DNA of 64,000 bases from Felis catus. Lineage: Eukaryota. The position numbers and the translations under genes are program-made. Positions 52,001 through 64,000 of this stretch are shown here, in pieces. The stretch is from assembly GCF_018350175.1 (NCBI RefSeq), contig NC_058383.1, positions 24,926,001 through 24,990,000 on the forward strand. Reading direction: 5' to 3'. Position 1 is the first letter of the stretch, and the number at the start of each line of letters is the position of its first letter. The notes beneath the pieces were generated by a model that saw nothing but the letters and a program-made list of their open reading frames with translations, was not told where the DNA came from and made no database searches.

Positions 52001-52819
52001 TCTCCAAGTATTTGTTACCTTTCCAAATTTTTTTTTGTCGTTGATTTCGAGTTTCATAGTGCTGTGGTCTGAAAATATGCATGGTACAATCTCGATCTTT
52101 TTGTAGTTACTTAGGGCTGATTTGTGTCCCAGTATATGGTTTATTCTGGAGAACGTTCCATGTGCACTGGAGAAGAATGTATATTCTGCTGCTTTAGGAT
52201 GAAATGTTCTGAATATATCTGTTAAGTCCATCTGGTCCAATGTGTCATTCAAAACCATTGTTTTCTTGTTGATTTTTTGATTAGATGATCTGTCCAGTTG
52301 TTGTGAGTGGGGTGTTGAAGTCTCCTACTATTATGGTATTACTTTCGATGAGTTTCTTTATGTTTGTGATTAGTTGATTTATATATTTGAGTGCTCTCAC
52401 ATTTGATGCATAAATGTTTACAATTGTTAGGTCTTCTTGGTGGATAAACCCCATGATTATGACATAATGCCCTTCTTCATCTCTTGATACAGGCTTTATT
52501 TTAAAGTCTAGATTGTCTGATAGAATATGGTTATTCTACCTTTCTTTTGTTGACCATTAGCATGATCGATGGCTCCCCATCCCCTTACTTTCAATTTGAA
52601 GGTGTCTTTAGGTCTAAAGTGGGTCTCTTGAAAACAGCATATAGATGGATCTTGTTTTCTTGTCCATTCTGTTCCCCTATGTCTTTTGATTGGAGCATTG
52701 AGTCCATTGACATTTAGAGTGAGTACTGAAAGATATGAATTTATTGCCATTATAATGTTTGTAGAGTTGGAGTTTCTGGTGGTGTTCTCTGGTCCTTTCT
52801 CATCTTTGTTGCTTTTGGT

Positions 52820-52822
<3 letters not shown>

Positions 52823-52893
<71 letters not shown>
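52823..52893. repeat. (TA)n microsatellite, about 35 units, in the L1 inter-ORF spacer
   Basis: Direct reading. Confidence 0.95.
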
Positions 52894-52895
<2 letters not shown>

Positions 52896-55285
52896 CATCT
52901 TTTTCTCCCCTCAGAAAGTCCCCCTTAAAATTTCTTGCAGGACTGGTATAGTGCTCACAAACTCCTTTAATTTTTGTTTGCCTGGGAAAATTTTAATCTC
53001 CTTCTATTTTGAATGACAGCTGAATAAAGAATTCTTGGCTGCATATTTTTCTGATTCAGCACACTGAATATATCCCGCCACTCCTTTCTGGCCTGCCAAG
53101 TTTCTGTGGATAGGTCTGCTGCAAACCTGATCTGTCTTCACTTGTAGGTTAAGGACTTTTTTCCCTTGTTGCTTTCATGACTCTCTCCTTGCCTGAGTAT
53201 TTTGTGAATTTGACTATGATATGCCTTGTTGATGGTCAGTTTTTGTTGAATCTAATGGGGGTCCTCTGTGCTTCCTGGATTTTGATGTCTGTGTCTTTCC
53301 CCAGGTTAGGAAAGTTTTCTGCTGTGATTTGCTCACATAACCCTTCTATCCCTATTTCTCTCTCTTCCTCTTCTGGGACCCCTATGATTCTGATGTTGTT
53401 CCTTTTTAATGAGTCACCGATTTCTCTAATTCTTAAATCATGCTCTTTTGCCTTAATCTCCCTCTTTTTTCTGCTTTGTTATTCTCTATAAGTTTGTCCT
53501 CTATATCACTGATTCTCTGTTCTGCCTCATCCATCCTTGCCGCTGCTGCATCCATCCATGATTGCAGCTCAGTTATAGCATTTTTAATTTCATTCTAGTT
53601 TTTACTTCTTTTATCTCTGCAGAAAGGGATTCTAATCTATTTTCAACTGTAGCTCGTATTCTTATTATTGTAACTCTAAATTCTGGTTCAGACATCTTGC
53701 TTGTATCTGTGTTGGTTAAATCCCTGGCTATCGTTCCTTTGTGCTCTTTCTTTTGGGGTCAATTCCTTAGTTTTGTCATTTTGAAGGGAGAAAAGGAATT
53801 AATGAGGTAGAAAAATCGAAATTAAAAAATACTAAAATTAAAAAAATATTAAAATGAAAAATTACACATGCCAGACACACAAATGGAATATATGATGCTA
53901 GATCCTAGGTGTGTTTTGGTCTAAGTGTTGAAAGTGGTGGGGCGCCTGGGTGACTCAGTTGGTTGAGTGTCCGACTTCAGCTCGGGTCATGATCTTGTGG
54001 TTCACGAGTTCGAGCCCCGCATCGGGCTCTGTGCTGACAGCTCGGAGCCTGGAGCCTGCTTCCAATTCTGTGTCTCCCTCTCTCTCTGACCCTCCCCCCA
54101 TTCATGCTCTGTATCTCTCTGTCTCAAAAATAAATAAACGTTAAAAAAATAATAAAAAAAAGAAAGTGGTTTGACAGGTTAGAGAATAAAAAAAGCGGGG
54201 GAGAGAAAAAGGAAAAAAAAAGGAAATTGAGAATTTGAAAAAAATGAATACTCTGAGGTAGACTAAAATGAGATGATGGGGGTTAAATAGAATTTGAAAA
54301 AATATATACAAAAGTAAAGAATATAGTAGGAAAAAATTAAAAATGTTTTTAATAAAAATTAAAAATAAATACGAATATTTCGGGGCACCTGGGTGGCTCA
54401 GTCAGTTAAGCATCCGACTTCGGCTCAGGTCATGATCTCGCGGTCCGTGGGTTCAAGCCCTGTGTCGGGCTCTGTGCTGACAGCTCAGAGATTGGAGCCT
54501 GTTTCAGATTCTGTGTCTCCCTCTTTCCCTGACCCTCCCCTGTTCATGCTCTCTCTGTCTCAAAAATAAATAAATGTCAAAAAAAGTTAAAAAAATAAAT
54601 AAATATGAATTTTTCTTTTTCTGTATGTAAGAAAAAAGAAACAAGAGAAAAAAGATTAAAAAAATCGTTTGAAAATTTGAAAAAGTGAATACACTGTAGT
54701 AGACTAAACAGATGGAAGTAAAATAGAATTTGAAATAATTTACATAAAAGCAAAAAATATAGTAATAAAAATTAAATAAAAAATATTTTTAATAGAAATT
54801 GAAAGTAAAAATGAAGTTTTTCTCTTTCTGCGTTCAAGAATTAGAAAAGAAACAAAAAAGAAAAAAAGAAAAAAAAGGAAATTGAAAATTTGAAAAGGCT
54901 AATACACTGAAGTAGACTAAAATAAAATGATGGAAGTAAAGTAGAATTTGAAAAAATTTACACAAAAGTAAAAAACATAGTAATAAAAATCAAAGAAAAA
55001 TATTTTTAATAAATATTGAAAATAAAAATTATTTTTTTCTCTTTATTCAAGAAAAATAAAAGAATTGTAAAAGAGAAAAAAAAAGAAAAAAGAAAAAAAA
55101 AGAAAGAAAATTGAATAGATGAACCTGCTAAAAGATTGAAGTAGGACTGAAATTGCTTCGTTTTCCCCTAGCAGTCAGTCTATGTAGCTCTTTATAGTCC
55201 ATAAATTAAACTGGCAGTGAGACTTGTGTTCTTGAAGAGCAAAGTTGGCCCAGTTGGGCAGGGCTCAGTGTAACAGCTCCACTCT

Positions 55286-55375
55286 CCACTAGATGGCGCT
55301 GCTAGCCTACTGGGGGTGGATTGTTGCAGTGCTCGTAGGTGCCTATGCGCATGCGCGGGAGCAGTGAAAATGGCG
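55286..55375 (+). promoter_or_regulatory. Cluster of CTCF, NRF1 and YY1 consensus motifs within an L1 5' UTR
   Basis: CCACTAGATGGCGC at 55286-55299, TGCGCATGCGC at 55346-55356, AAAATGGCG at 55367-55375. Confidence 0.5.
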
Positions 55376-56380
55376 CCACCCAGCTACACTGTGTGTTCTC
55401 CCAGATCAGCAATCATGAACCTGTCCTGTCTTCAGCTTTCATTCACTCCCTGCCATGATCAAGACCCAGGCAGTACCTCTCTCTCAAGTTTTGTCTCAGA
55501 TGCAGCTGTTTTCCCCGGCCCCTTACTTCTGAAGGACTGCGGCTCTGACCTGTTCTGCCCCTCCCTGGAGGGTCTCACCACGCAAGGGTCTCACCACGCA
55601 ATGGCCAAATGAGCAATGGCTGAATGTTGGCTGCACTCAGGAATGCTTGCTAGACCCTGCTGCTGTCAGGTGCCAGTCTGTCCCAGAAAAAGTTCACGAG
55701 ACAATGTAGCAGCAGCATTTCAGGGATTATGGAAAATCACAACACACATCTGACACCAGTCTTCACCCTTAATGACCATGTTCCAGCACCAGCGAATGTG
55801 GCCATTTTCTGGGGTCTGCTGGGACCAGGTGCCTTCAACAGTCTCTACCAAATGCCCTTGCAGCAGTGGAACTGCTTTTCCCCATGTGGTCTGAGAACCT
55901 CCCGGACACCACTCTGTTCCTGGGGATTTGCCCTTCCCACCAGAGCACCGCCAGATATCGAGCTGCGGAGTTGCAGCCTTTGCGCTCCCCTTGTTTACAG
56001 TCTTAATGGAATTTAAACCCTCTCCTTTCTCCTTTCTCCCATTTTAGTTTAGTTCATGCGGCTGTTTCCAATTTTCTACTTTCTCTCCAGCTGCTTTTGG
56101 GGAGGGGTGCTTTTCCCATATTCTCTCCCCCTCCCCAGTTTCTGTCCTCTTTCCACCCACAAAAGTGGTTCCCTACCTTTCACGGCTTCTCCCTCCCCAA
56201 ATTCACCTCTCTGCATCATGTACCTGCTGAATTCTATGGTTCAGGTTGTGTAGATTGTTGTGTTAATCCTCAAATCAGTTTTCTAGGTGTGTAGGATGGT
56301 TTAGTGTTGGTCTGGCTGTATTTCATGGATGCGAGATACACAAAAATCTTCCATGCTGTTCCGCCATCTTGGCTCCTCCC

Positions 56381-56860
56381 TGGTGTAAGCAGGTTAGGTA
56401 GCCAGTGTGGGTAGCGCATTGTTTCCAGCAGGTGGCTCTGTGTTTATGCTGGGGGGCAGAGGAGGGAAATGGTGGCATCAAGCTCTCATCCCTAGAGAGG
56501 CATCTTTATGAACCCTGTCTCTCAGGAATGTGCTCCAAGAAGAGTGTGTAATCTCCCCATTGTGTGCTCCAGGTGTTGTAGAGATCACTGTTTCCATGCC
56601 ATCTACCTGCAAGTTGTTTGCTGCCTTCTCTCCAGGAGTAGGGCAGTGCCCTCAGGACTGTATCTCAGCCGAGCCTGCTAACTTCTAAAATTCCACATTC
56701 TTGGGATGCCTGGGTGGCTCAGTTAAGTGTCTGACTCTTGATACAGATCTTGTGGGTATGGGATTCTTCTCTCCCTCTCTCCCTTCCCCTCCCTTGCATG
56801 TGCTCTCTTTCTCTGTGTCTCTCTCAAAATAAACTTTAAAAAAATTAAAATTTTTTAAAA
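56381..56860. mobile_element. Fragment of an older L1 5' UTR (minus) followed by a degenerate SINE (plus, about 56703-56860)
   Basis: Resembles the 5' UTR at about 61740-62000; SINE head gggatgcctgggtggctcagttaag. Confidence 0.65.
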
Positions 56861-57639
56861 TTTAGTGACAAGGAATACATTATTAGGCATATTTGCCTCC
56901 CTAAGGAGAATGGAAGGGTTCTATCAGTAAGATTTCTAGCCCTGACTAGGAAATTCTATGTTAAGTGGTTAAAGGTTACATTCCTGGAGGAATGAAACTA
57001 GGTTTGGTGACATGGGGCCTTAATGTAAGTGTCTCCATCATGGGCCTGTGATTTTTCTTAACATTCCAAACCCAAATTTTTACACATCCATTTTTTTGTT
57101 AAAAATAAAGCCCTAAATAACATTTTAGCCATCTATTGCCAGCCTGATTTTCGTATTCTATGAAACTATGACCTTCTAATCATAGGTGGAGATCAACTCT
57201 TTGGCTCTAAGATCTTTGTCGGTCTAAGTTACTTTGATCTAAGTTACTAAGATACTTGTGAGTCTAAGTTACCGCTGGCCTTTTGGCCCCCAGCCAGGCT
57301 GCTGAGTCATCACCTAGGCACAGAAGCACCCTTTCCAAGTCACCTCTTCCTAAAGTGTTGTCTTTCCCTCTTGTACTTCTGGGTCTTAGCCTTACAGTGT
57401 TATGTACCTATGTTATTATCTTAAAATATGTAAAATAGATGTTTCTATGAATTGTATAACATTGTGCATTCAGTTTTCTATAACATGAGTGCTATTATTT
57501 AAACAATAGTGAGGACAATAAGAATAGGTAAATGTTAATCGCTAGTAACTAATACTATTATAATATCATGTGTTGAAAAAATAAAACCATGATTACTAAT
57601 ATTACTAATAATCTTTTCATTCATTATGGGTTTCTAGTT

Positions 57640-58060
57640 ACCAAAAAAATTGGTAAGATAGTACTGAGTCTCCACATACATCAGACTGTTTTCTGACTAT
57701 GGATGTCATATCAGTTGGTACATTACCACAATCAATATCCAGAAGAGGTATTAACTAACGTTTCTATTTTTACTCATATTTCTTAGGTTTCAACCTCTTC
57801 TGTTCCAGACTCATCTCAGATAGCACATTACATTCAGTCATCCTGTCTCCTCAGGCTCCACTTGGCCATGACGATTTTTAGGTTTTCCATATTTTTCATC
57901 ATCTGCAAAGCTTTGAGGGTACTTTTGTAGAATGCATTTTGTAGAATGATTCTTGGTTGGATTATGTCTAATGTTTGTTTCAAATTATTAGACCAGCATT
58001 AATGTGTTTTGGAGAGAAGATCCAGAGGCATAATGCCATCCATAATTATCACTTCACATA
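57640..58060 (-). mobile_element. Ancient L1M-type 3' UTR remnant
   Basis: gatagcacattacattcagtcatcctgtctcctcaggctcc...ttttgtagaatg resembles recalled L1MC 3'-end sequence. Confidence 0.5.
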
Positions 58061-58074
58061 AAAGATGTTTATTC

Positions 58075-58582
58075 TGAAGATTGGGGTCTTTTGTGGTTCC
58101 ATACAAATGTTAGGATTGTACTAGTTCTGTGAAAAATGCTGTTGATATTGTGATGCAGATTGCATTAATTGTGTCAATCTCTTTGGGAAGTATGGACATT
58201 TTCACAATATTTGTATTTCCAATCCATGAACATGGAATGTCCTTCCATTTCTTTGTGTCATCTTGAATTTCTTTCATCAGTGTTGTATAGTTTTCAGAGT
58301 ATAGGTCTCTCACCTCTTTGGTTAGATTTATTCATAGGTACCTTATTATTTGGTGTGCAATTGAATATGGGACTGTTTTCTTAATTTCTCTTTCTACTGC
58401 TTCATTATTGTGTAGAAATTAAACAGATTTCTGTACAATGATTTTGTATCCTGTGACATTGCTGAATTCATTTATCAGTTCTAGCAGTTATTGGGTGACT
58501 CTAAGGTTTTCTGTATATAGTGTCATGTAATCTGCAAAGTGTGAAAGTTTTTCTTCTTCCTGATTTTGATTCCATGTATTTA

Positions 58583-58613
<31 letters not shown>

Positions 58614-61600
58614 AAGTCTTATTGCTGTGGCTTGGACTTCCAGTACTATGTGTAATAAAAGTGGTGAGAATAGACATCCTTGTCTTGTACCTCACCTTAG
58701 AGGGAAAGCTCTCAGATTTTCCCCATTAAGGATGATGTTAACTGTGTGGTTTTCATAGATAACCTTTGTTATGTTGATGTATGTTCCCTCTAAACCTACT
58801 TTTTTTTTGGTTTTAATAATGAATGGATATTGTACTTTGCCAAATGCTTCTTTCTGCATGTATTGAAATGATCATATGGCTCTTTTTTTAAATGATTATT
58901 CATTTTTGAGAGACAAAAATGAATAACATGAGTGGGAGAGGGGGGGAAAGAGAAGGAGACACAGAATTTGAAGCAGGCTCCAGGCTCTGAGCTTTCAGCA
59001 GAGAGCCCAACACAGGGCTTGAACTCACGAACCATATGGTCATGACTTGAGCCAATGTCAGACGCTTCAAGGAATGAGCCACCAGGAAACCCAATCATAT
59101 GGTTCTTATCCTTTCTCCTGGTGATATAATATATCACATTAATTGATTAGCAAATATTGGACCATGCTTGAAGCTTGGGAATAAATCCCACTTAATTGTG
59201 GCGAATGATTTTTTTAAGGTATTTTTGAATTTGGTAGATAGTATTTTATTGATAATTTTGCATCCATATTTGTCAGGGATATTGGCCTGGAGTTCTCTTT
59301 TTTAGTGGTTCTTTATCTGGTTTTGGTATCAGGGCAATGCTGGCCTCATAGAATAAATTTGGAAGTTTTCCATCCTTTTTTATATTTTGGAATAGCCTAA
59401 GAAGATTAGGTATTAACTCTTTATTAGCTGCGTGGTGGAATTCACCTGTGAAGTCATCTGGTCCTAGAGTTTTGATTGTTGGGAGGTTTTTTTTTTTTAT
59501 TACTGACTCAATTTCTTTACTGGTTATTGTTCTGTTCATGTTTTCTATTTCTTTCTGTTTCAATTTATGTAATTTACATGTTTCTAGGAATTTATCTGTT
59601 TCTCCTAAATTGTCCAAATTGTTGACATACAATTTTTCATAATATTATATTATGATTGTTTGTATTTCTGTGGTGTTGGTTGTGATTTCTCCTCTCTCGC
59701 TTGTGATTTTATTTGAGTCCTTTCTCTTTTCTTATGGAGAAGTCTAGCTAGAGGTTTATCAATGTTTTTTTTTTTTTTCCACAGTGAACCAGCTCCTGCT
59801 CTCATTGATCTTTTCTGTTGTTTGTTTAGTTTCTATGTCATTTATTTCAGCCCTAATCTTATTTCCTTCCTTCTGCCATTTTAGGTTTTGTTTGTTGTTC
59901 TTTCCCTAGCTCCTTTAGGTGTAAGGTTCAGTTCTTTAGTTGAGATTTTTCTCCCTTCTTGGTGTAGGCCCTGTATTGTTCTGAAATAGCCTCTTAGAAC
60001 CACTTTCCTACATTCCAAATGTTTTTGGACCATTGTTTTTTCATTTTCATTTTCATTTGTTTCCATGTATTTTTAAAATCTCTTCTTTGATTTTCTGGTT
60101 GACCCATTCATTTTTTTAGTAGTATGTTATTTAACCTCCATGTATTTGTGGTCTTCCCAGAATTTTTCTTGTGGTTGATTTCTAGTTTCATAGCATTGTG
60201 GTCTGAAAATATTCATGGTGTCATTTCAGTCTGCTTGAATTTGTTAAGGTTTGTTTTGGAGCCTAATATGTGATCTATTCTATCTATTCCATGTGCACTT
60301 AAAAAGAATGTATATTCTCCTGTGTTACACTGGAATGTCCTGAACATATCTGTCAAATATATCTATTCCCCTATGTCATTCAAAGACATCGTTTCCTTGT
60401 TGATTTTCTGTTTAGATGATGTGTCCATTGTGTAAGTGGGGTGTGAAAGTCTTATTTTCCAATTAGTTCCTTTATGTTGTTAACTTTTATGTATTTAGGT
60501 GTTCCTATGTTGGGTTCATATATATTTACCATTGTTATATCTTCTTATTGGATTGTACCCTTTAGTGTTATGTGGTTTTGTCCTTTGTCTCATTACGTTC
60601 TTTGTTTTAAAGTCTATTTTCTCTGATAAAAGAATTGCTACCCCAGCTTTCTTTTTACATTCACTTGCATGATGTTTCTCCATCCTCTCACTTTCATTCT
60701 GTAGGTGTCTTCAGGTCGAAAATGGGTCACTTGTAGACAGCATATAAATCTGTTTTGTTTTTTCATCCATTTTTACACCCTATGTCTTTTGATTGGAGCA
60801 TTCATTCCATTTACCTTCAAAGTAATTATTGATATGTATGTATGTATTGCCATTTTATTACCTGTTTTGTTGTGGTTTCTCATGTTTTTCTCCATCCTTT
60901 GTCTTACTCTCTTTCATGTTTTGCTGATTTTCTTTAGTGATATATTTTGATTTCCTTCTCCTTATTCTTTGCATATTTATGAGTGGTTTTTGATATATGG
61001 TTACCATTAAGTTTTCACATAATTTCTTTGTGTTTAGTAGTTTGTCTTAAGTTGATGGTCATTTACCTTTGAAACCATTATTTTCTCCTCCCTATGTTTT
61101 GGTACATGTTATATTTTATATCCATCTTTGTGAGTTCCTTGACTGATTTTTTACAGAAATATTCATTTTTACTGGATTTGTGTTTTCTACCTCTCTATTG
61201 TCACTTTTGGTCTCTCCTCTCAAAGAATCCCTCTTAATATTTCTTGCTGGACTGATTTAGTAGGACAAACTCCTTTAGTTTTTGCTTAGGAAACTCTTGG
61301 TCTCCTATTCTGAAAGATAGCCTTACTGGATAGAGTATTCTTTGCTGCTGATTTTTCTATCTAGCACTTTGAATATGTCATGTGACTCACTTCTGGCTTG
61401 CCAAGATTCTGTTGACAAATCTGTAGCTGTCCTTTGGTGGCTAGTGTCTATGCACCAGGGCAGCCAGGGGCTCAAGGCTATTCACAGAGTGCGCTGGTGG
61501 CTGGGGACACATGGCTGGGTGAGACATATGAGGGCAGCAGGGGGTGCACAGCTCGGTGCAGTGCAGATGTGCACAGCGTGCAGTGGCAGCTTTGCATGCA

Positions 61601-62260
61601 GCAGACCAGACAGGGTACCCATGTGGATTTAACAAAGTTTGTCCTGAGGCCAGCAGCCTCGGAGTGAGTGAGTCCCCCAGAGAACTCTTGGGATTGGCAC
61701 ACTGCTAGTGGGTTCAGTAGCAAGTGTCTGTGCAGCCCAACCCATGGTAGGTGCTTCTGTGTTTATTGGTTGGGGGCGGGGGAAGAATGATGCCTGTGAG
61801 CATCCCTCTTTTCTGGAGAAGTCCCCAACCACTCAGAAATCAGCATGAACAGATCTGTCTCCTGTTGCCTCTGGCATTGTGTAAACTACCATGTTTACAT
61901 TCCCTCTCTACACAAGCAAGGACCTGGCTATCACTCATCCTCCTGGATCACCCAGTGCTGAGTCAGCTGACCACAAAGCTCCAGGATCCAAGCTCAAGGA
62001 ATTCAGCCCCTCTGGTAGGGGATTAGTCTTCCCTGTGTGAGCTCCCTGGTGTGAGGACTCAGTTTCTCTGCCCTCTCTGCAGGCATTCACCCTCCACCTT
62101 TCTGACCTTCTTAACCTCTCAGATGCAGCTTCTCACTATTTATTGTGGAGTTTGTTCTGCCAGTGTTTGGATCGCTCTCTGGTTTATGGACTTGGATGTG
62201 GATGTTATGTAGTTGAAAACATGGGACAGGGTGAGCTCAGGGTCCTCCTACTCTGCTACT
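58075..62260 (-). mobile_element. Old L1 (ORF2 remnant, most of ORF1 deleted near 61430, 5' UTR) with a SINE at about 58882-59092
   Basis: Degenerate ORF2 peptides ([23 protein letters not shown]); SINE TSD atcatatgg(c/t)tctt. Confidence 0.85.
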
Positions 62261-62601
62261 ATTAATTTTTTAAATGTCTTAATTTTTTTTGGACTTTTGA
62301 GACATGGTCAGAGAGACTCATATCACCCATGGACTTCAGGATTAGAAAGGAATTTTCCCACAGTTTTTTCTAGTATTTTATGTTTTGAAACTATCTTTAA
62401 TGAGGCTTAATTTACATATAACAAATAGCTTCAAATTAAAGGGTATAATTTGATGAGACTTGATCTCATGGGTATAGCACCATGAAATCTCTCTAATCCT
62501 TAAATCACTACTGATTTAGTAGTACAAACTCCTTTGGATTCCTTTGTGTCCAACGTTAATGTTTATTTTGAGGAAACGACTACATTTTTTTATGTTTTCA
62601 G

Positions 62602-62664
62602 GTATTGCCCAGGTGTCTGAATGCCTGCTTTGGGATACCTCCTTTTCTGATAGTCTATATTCCT
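62602..62664 (+). other. Candidate 63-nt exon encoding a hydrophobic peptide in phase 0
   Basis: ttttttatgttttcag|GTA...CCT|gtaagt; VLPRCLNACFGIPPFLIVYIP. Confidence 0.4.
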
Positions 62665-63079
62665 GTAAGTACTGCCTTCGGTCTACTGTTGGGCTTTATC
62701 TTGTATTGTATCTCTGTGTCTCTTCATGTAATTTTGTTGCACTACTTTAATGATGAGGGCTTCATAATTGGATTTTCACTAAATGGTACGAGCTGCAGTT
62801 CCAATGATGACAGAAAGCACGGGCTTCCTGTGTTAGGTATTCAAGAGCAAGGCAGATATCCTGGGCACTTGAGCTGAGAATGTCACTCTCTCTTTTTGCC
62901 AGTCCTCTTCCCCACCCTTGGAGACAAGAATCCCCTTTTGTTCACACAGAAATGTAGCTGAAGTCGGTATAAAAGTTCCCTTCTCTTCTCTTGTCTCTCA
63001 AACTCCCTGTCCCTACCTTCTGCCTTTCCCTTTCCATGACTCAATCCCCCAGGTCCACTGCTCCATTCCAGCCATGATC

Positions 63080-64000
63080 AGGGTGTCCTCCAGCTGCTGG
63101 CCTCTGCCCTGGCCATCCCTCAGTGAGGAATCCGCAGGAGGATTATGGAGTTCACGGGACTGATCAAGAAATCTCTGCTCTTCAGAGCCCTCCTACACAT
63201 GGTGCTGTATGGGGAGAGCTGGCAGCCTGGGCGAGGGTCCGACTCCATGTGTGGCCTCCTCACTCCTCTCCCACAGTCACTGCTGGTCCCTCATCCTTAC
63301 CCACCATTAGAAATCAGCCATATGCTAGGGAAAGATACCTGTCTATTTGACCATGAGGCACCAGGGAGTCAGTACATATTTCCACAATAAATGAGCATAA
63401 GCACCTCCATAAATCTAGATGTAGCAGGTTCCCACCACCCCAGAAAACTCTCTCGGGCTCCCCACACAAAGGGTGATCTTGCTACTATCCACCATCACTG
63501 CCATTTTTGCCAGTTTGTTACCTGTGTGTACAAGAACCCCACTGTGTGCACTGATGGAGAGTGACAGTAGGTTCTCCTAGAAGCGGATGCTGACAGAGAC
63601 AGAACGGTGAAAGGTGTATTAGGGGACACTAGGAAGGACAAAGTGGAGGGGGCAGGATGGGCAGGGAAAGCATTCAGGCAGATCTGACACCCTTTTTAAG
63701 TATATAATCACCATAGTCTGTCACCTTGCACAGTCCTCTTCAAATTTCAAAATAGTTGTCCCATAAGGCAGTGAGATTTAAGAGATTTTGGTGTATTTCC
63801 CTATAGTCTTATGTTTTCCTACATGCGTTCTGTCTTCTGTAGTTCATCTGTGGCCTCAGATGAACATTTGAGTGTGAGGCTGCATGTGTGAGTCTATACG
63901 TAATGGAAAATGATTGTCTTCAGATCTCAGATGTAGATCTCTGAATATACACATTCTCATAATTTTCTTTTCTTTGGTAAGTCCTGGATTTTAATAGAAG
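63080..64000 (+). repeat. Inverted third copy (C) of the duplicon segment at about 3400-4620 / 26870-27790
   Basis: gtaatggaaaatgattgtcttcagatctcagatgtagatctctgaatatacacattctcata matches the reverse complement of about 3446-3508; cctctgccctggccatccctca matches the reverse complement of about 4576-4597. Exon-like segment at 63924-63976. Confidence 0.9.

Larger units (their letters stand above)
48605..56380 (-). mobile_element. Long degenerate LINE-1 of a different subfamily, with extended 5' region
   Basis: (TTTA)n tail, ORF2 and ORF1 remnants, 5' end GGGAGGAGCCAAGATGGCGG; SINEs at about 51470-51688, 53939-54160 and 54382-54600; internal deletion near 49237. Confidence 0.9.

Noticed and set aside
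1..64000. CRISPR array, prokaryotic-type system, or the canonical MIA3 locus
   Set aside because: No repeat-spacer array and the DNA is mammalian. No SH3-like, lumenal or coiled-coil MIA3 exons are visible and the peptides are too divergent, so no gene symbol was assigned.

Overview
Mammalian genomic DNA, most likely felid, judged from feliform Can-SINEs and carnivore-type L1s. Roughly two thirds of the window is nested LINE-1, almost all on the minus strand. It includes one full-length young L1 with both ORFs open (14113-20030, 16-bp TSD), a second full-length but frameshifted L1 (39201-45152), a third long L1 (about 48605-56380), many SINEs, and a 763-bp solo LTR with a 6-bp TSD. The unique DNA is a segmental duplication: block A (about 1-7390), block B (about 23515-31220) and a partial inverted copy C (about 63080-64000). 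A and B each carry three things. First, plus-strand exons resembling the C-terminal proline-rich exons of MIA3/TANGO1, repeated as a phase-compatible exon pair. Second, a convergent minus-strand chain of conserved splice sites with no conserved reading frame. Third, a CpG-rich, CTCF-motif-containing promoter-like segment followed by a 25-codon candidate first exon. No rRNA, tRNA gene or CRISPR array was found. The MIA3 similarity comes from my recall of the protein sequence, not from a search, and boundaries of old repeats are approximate.
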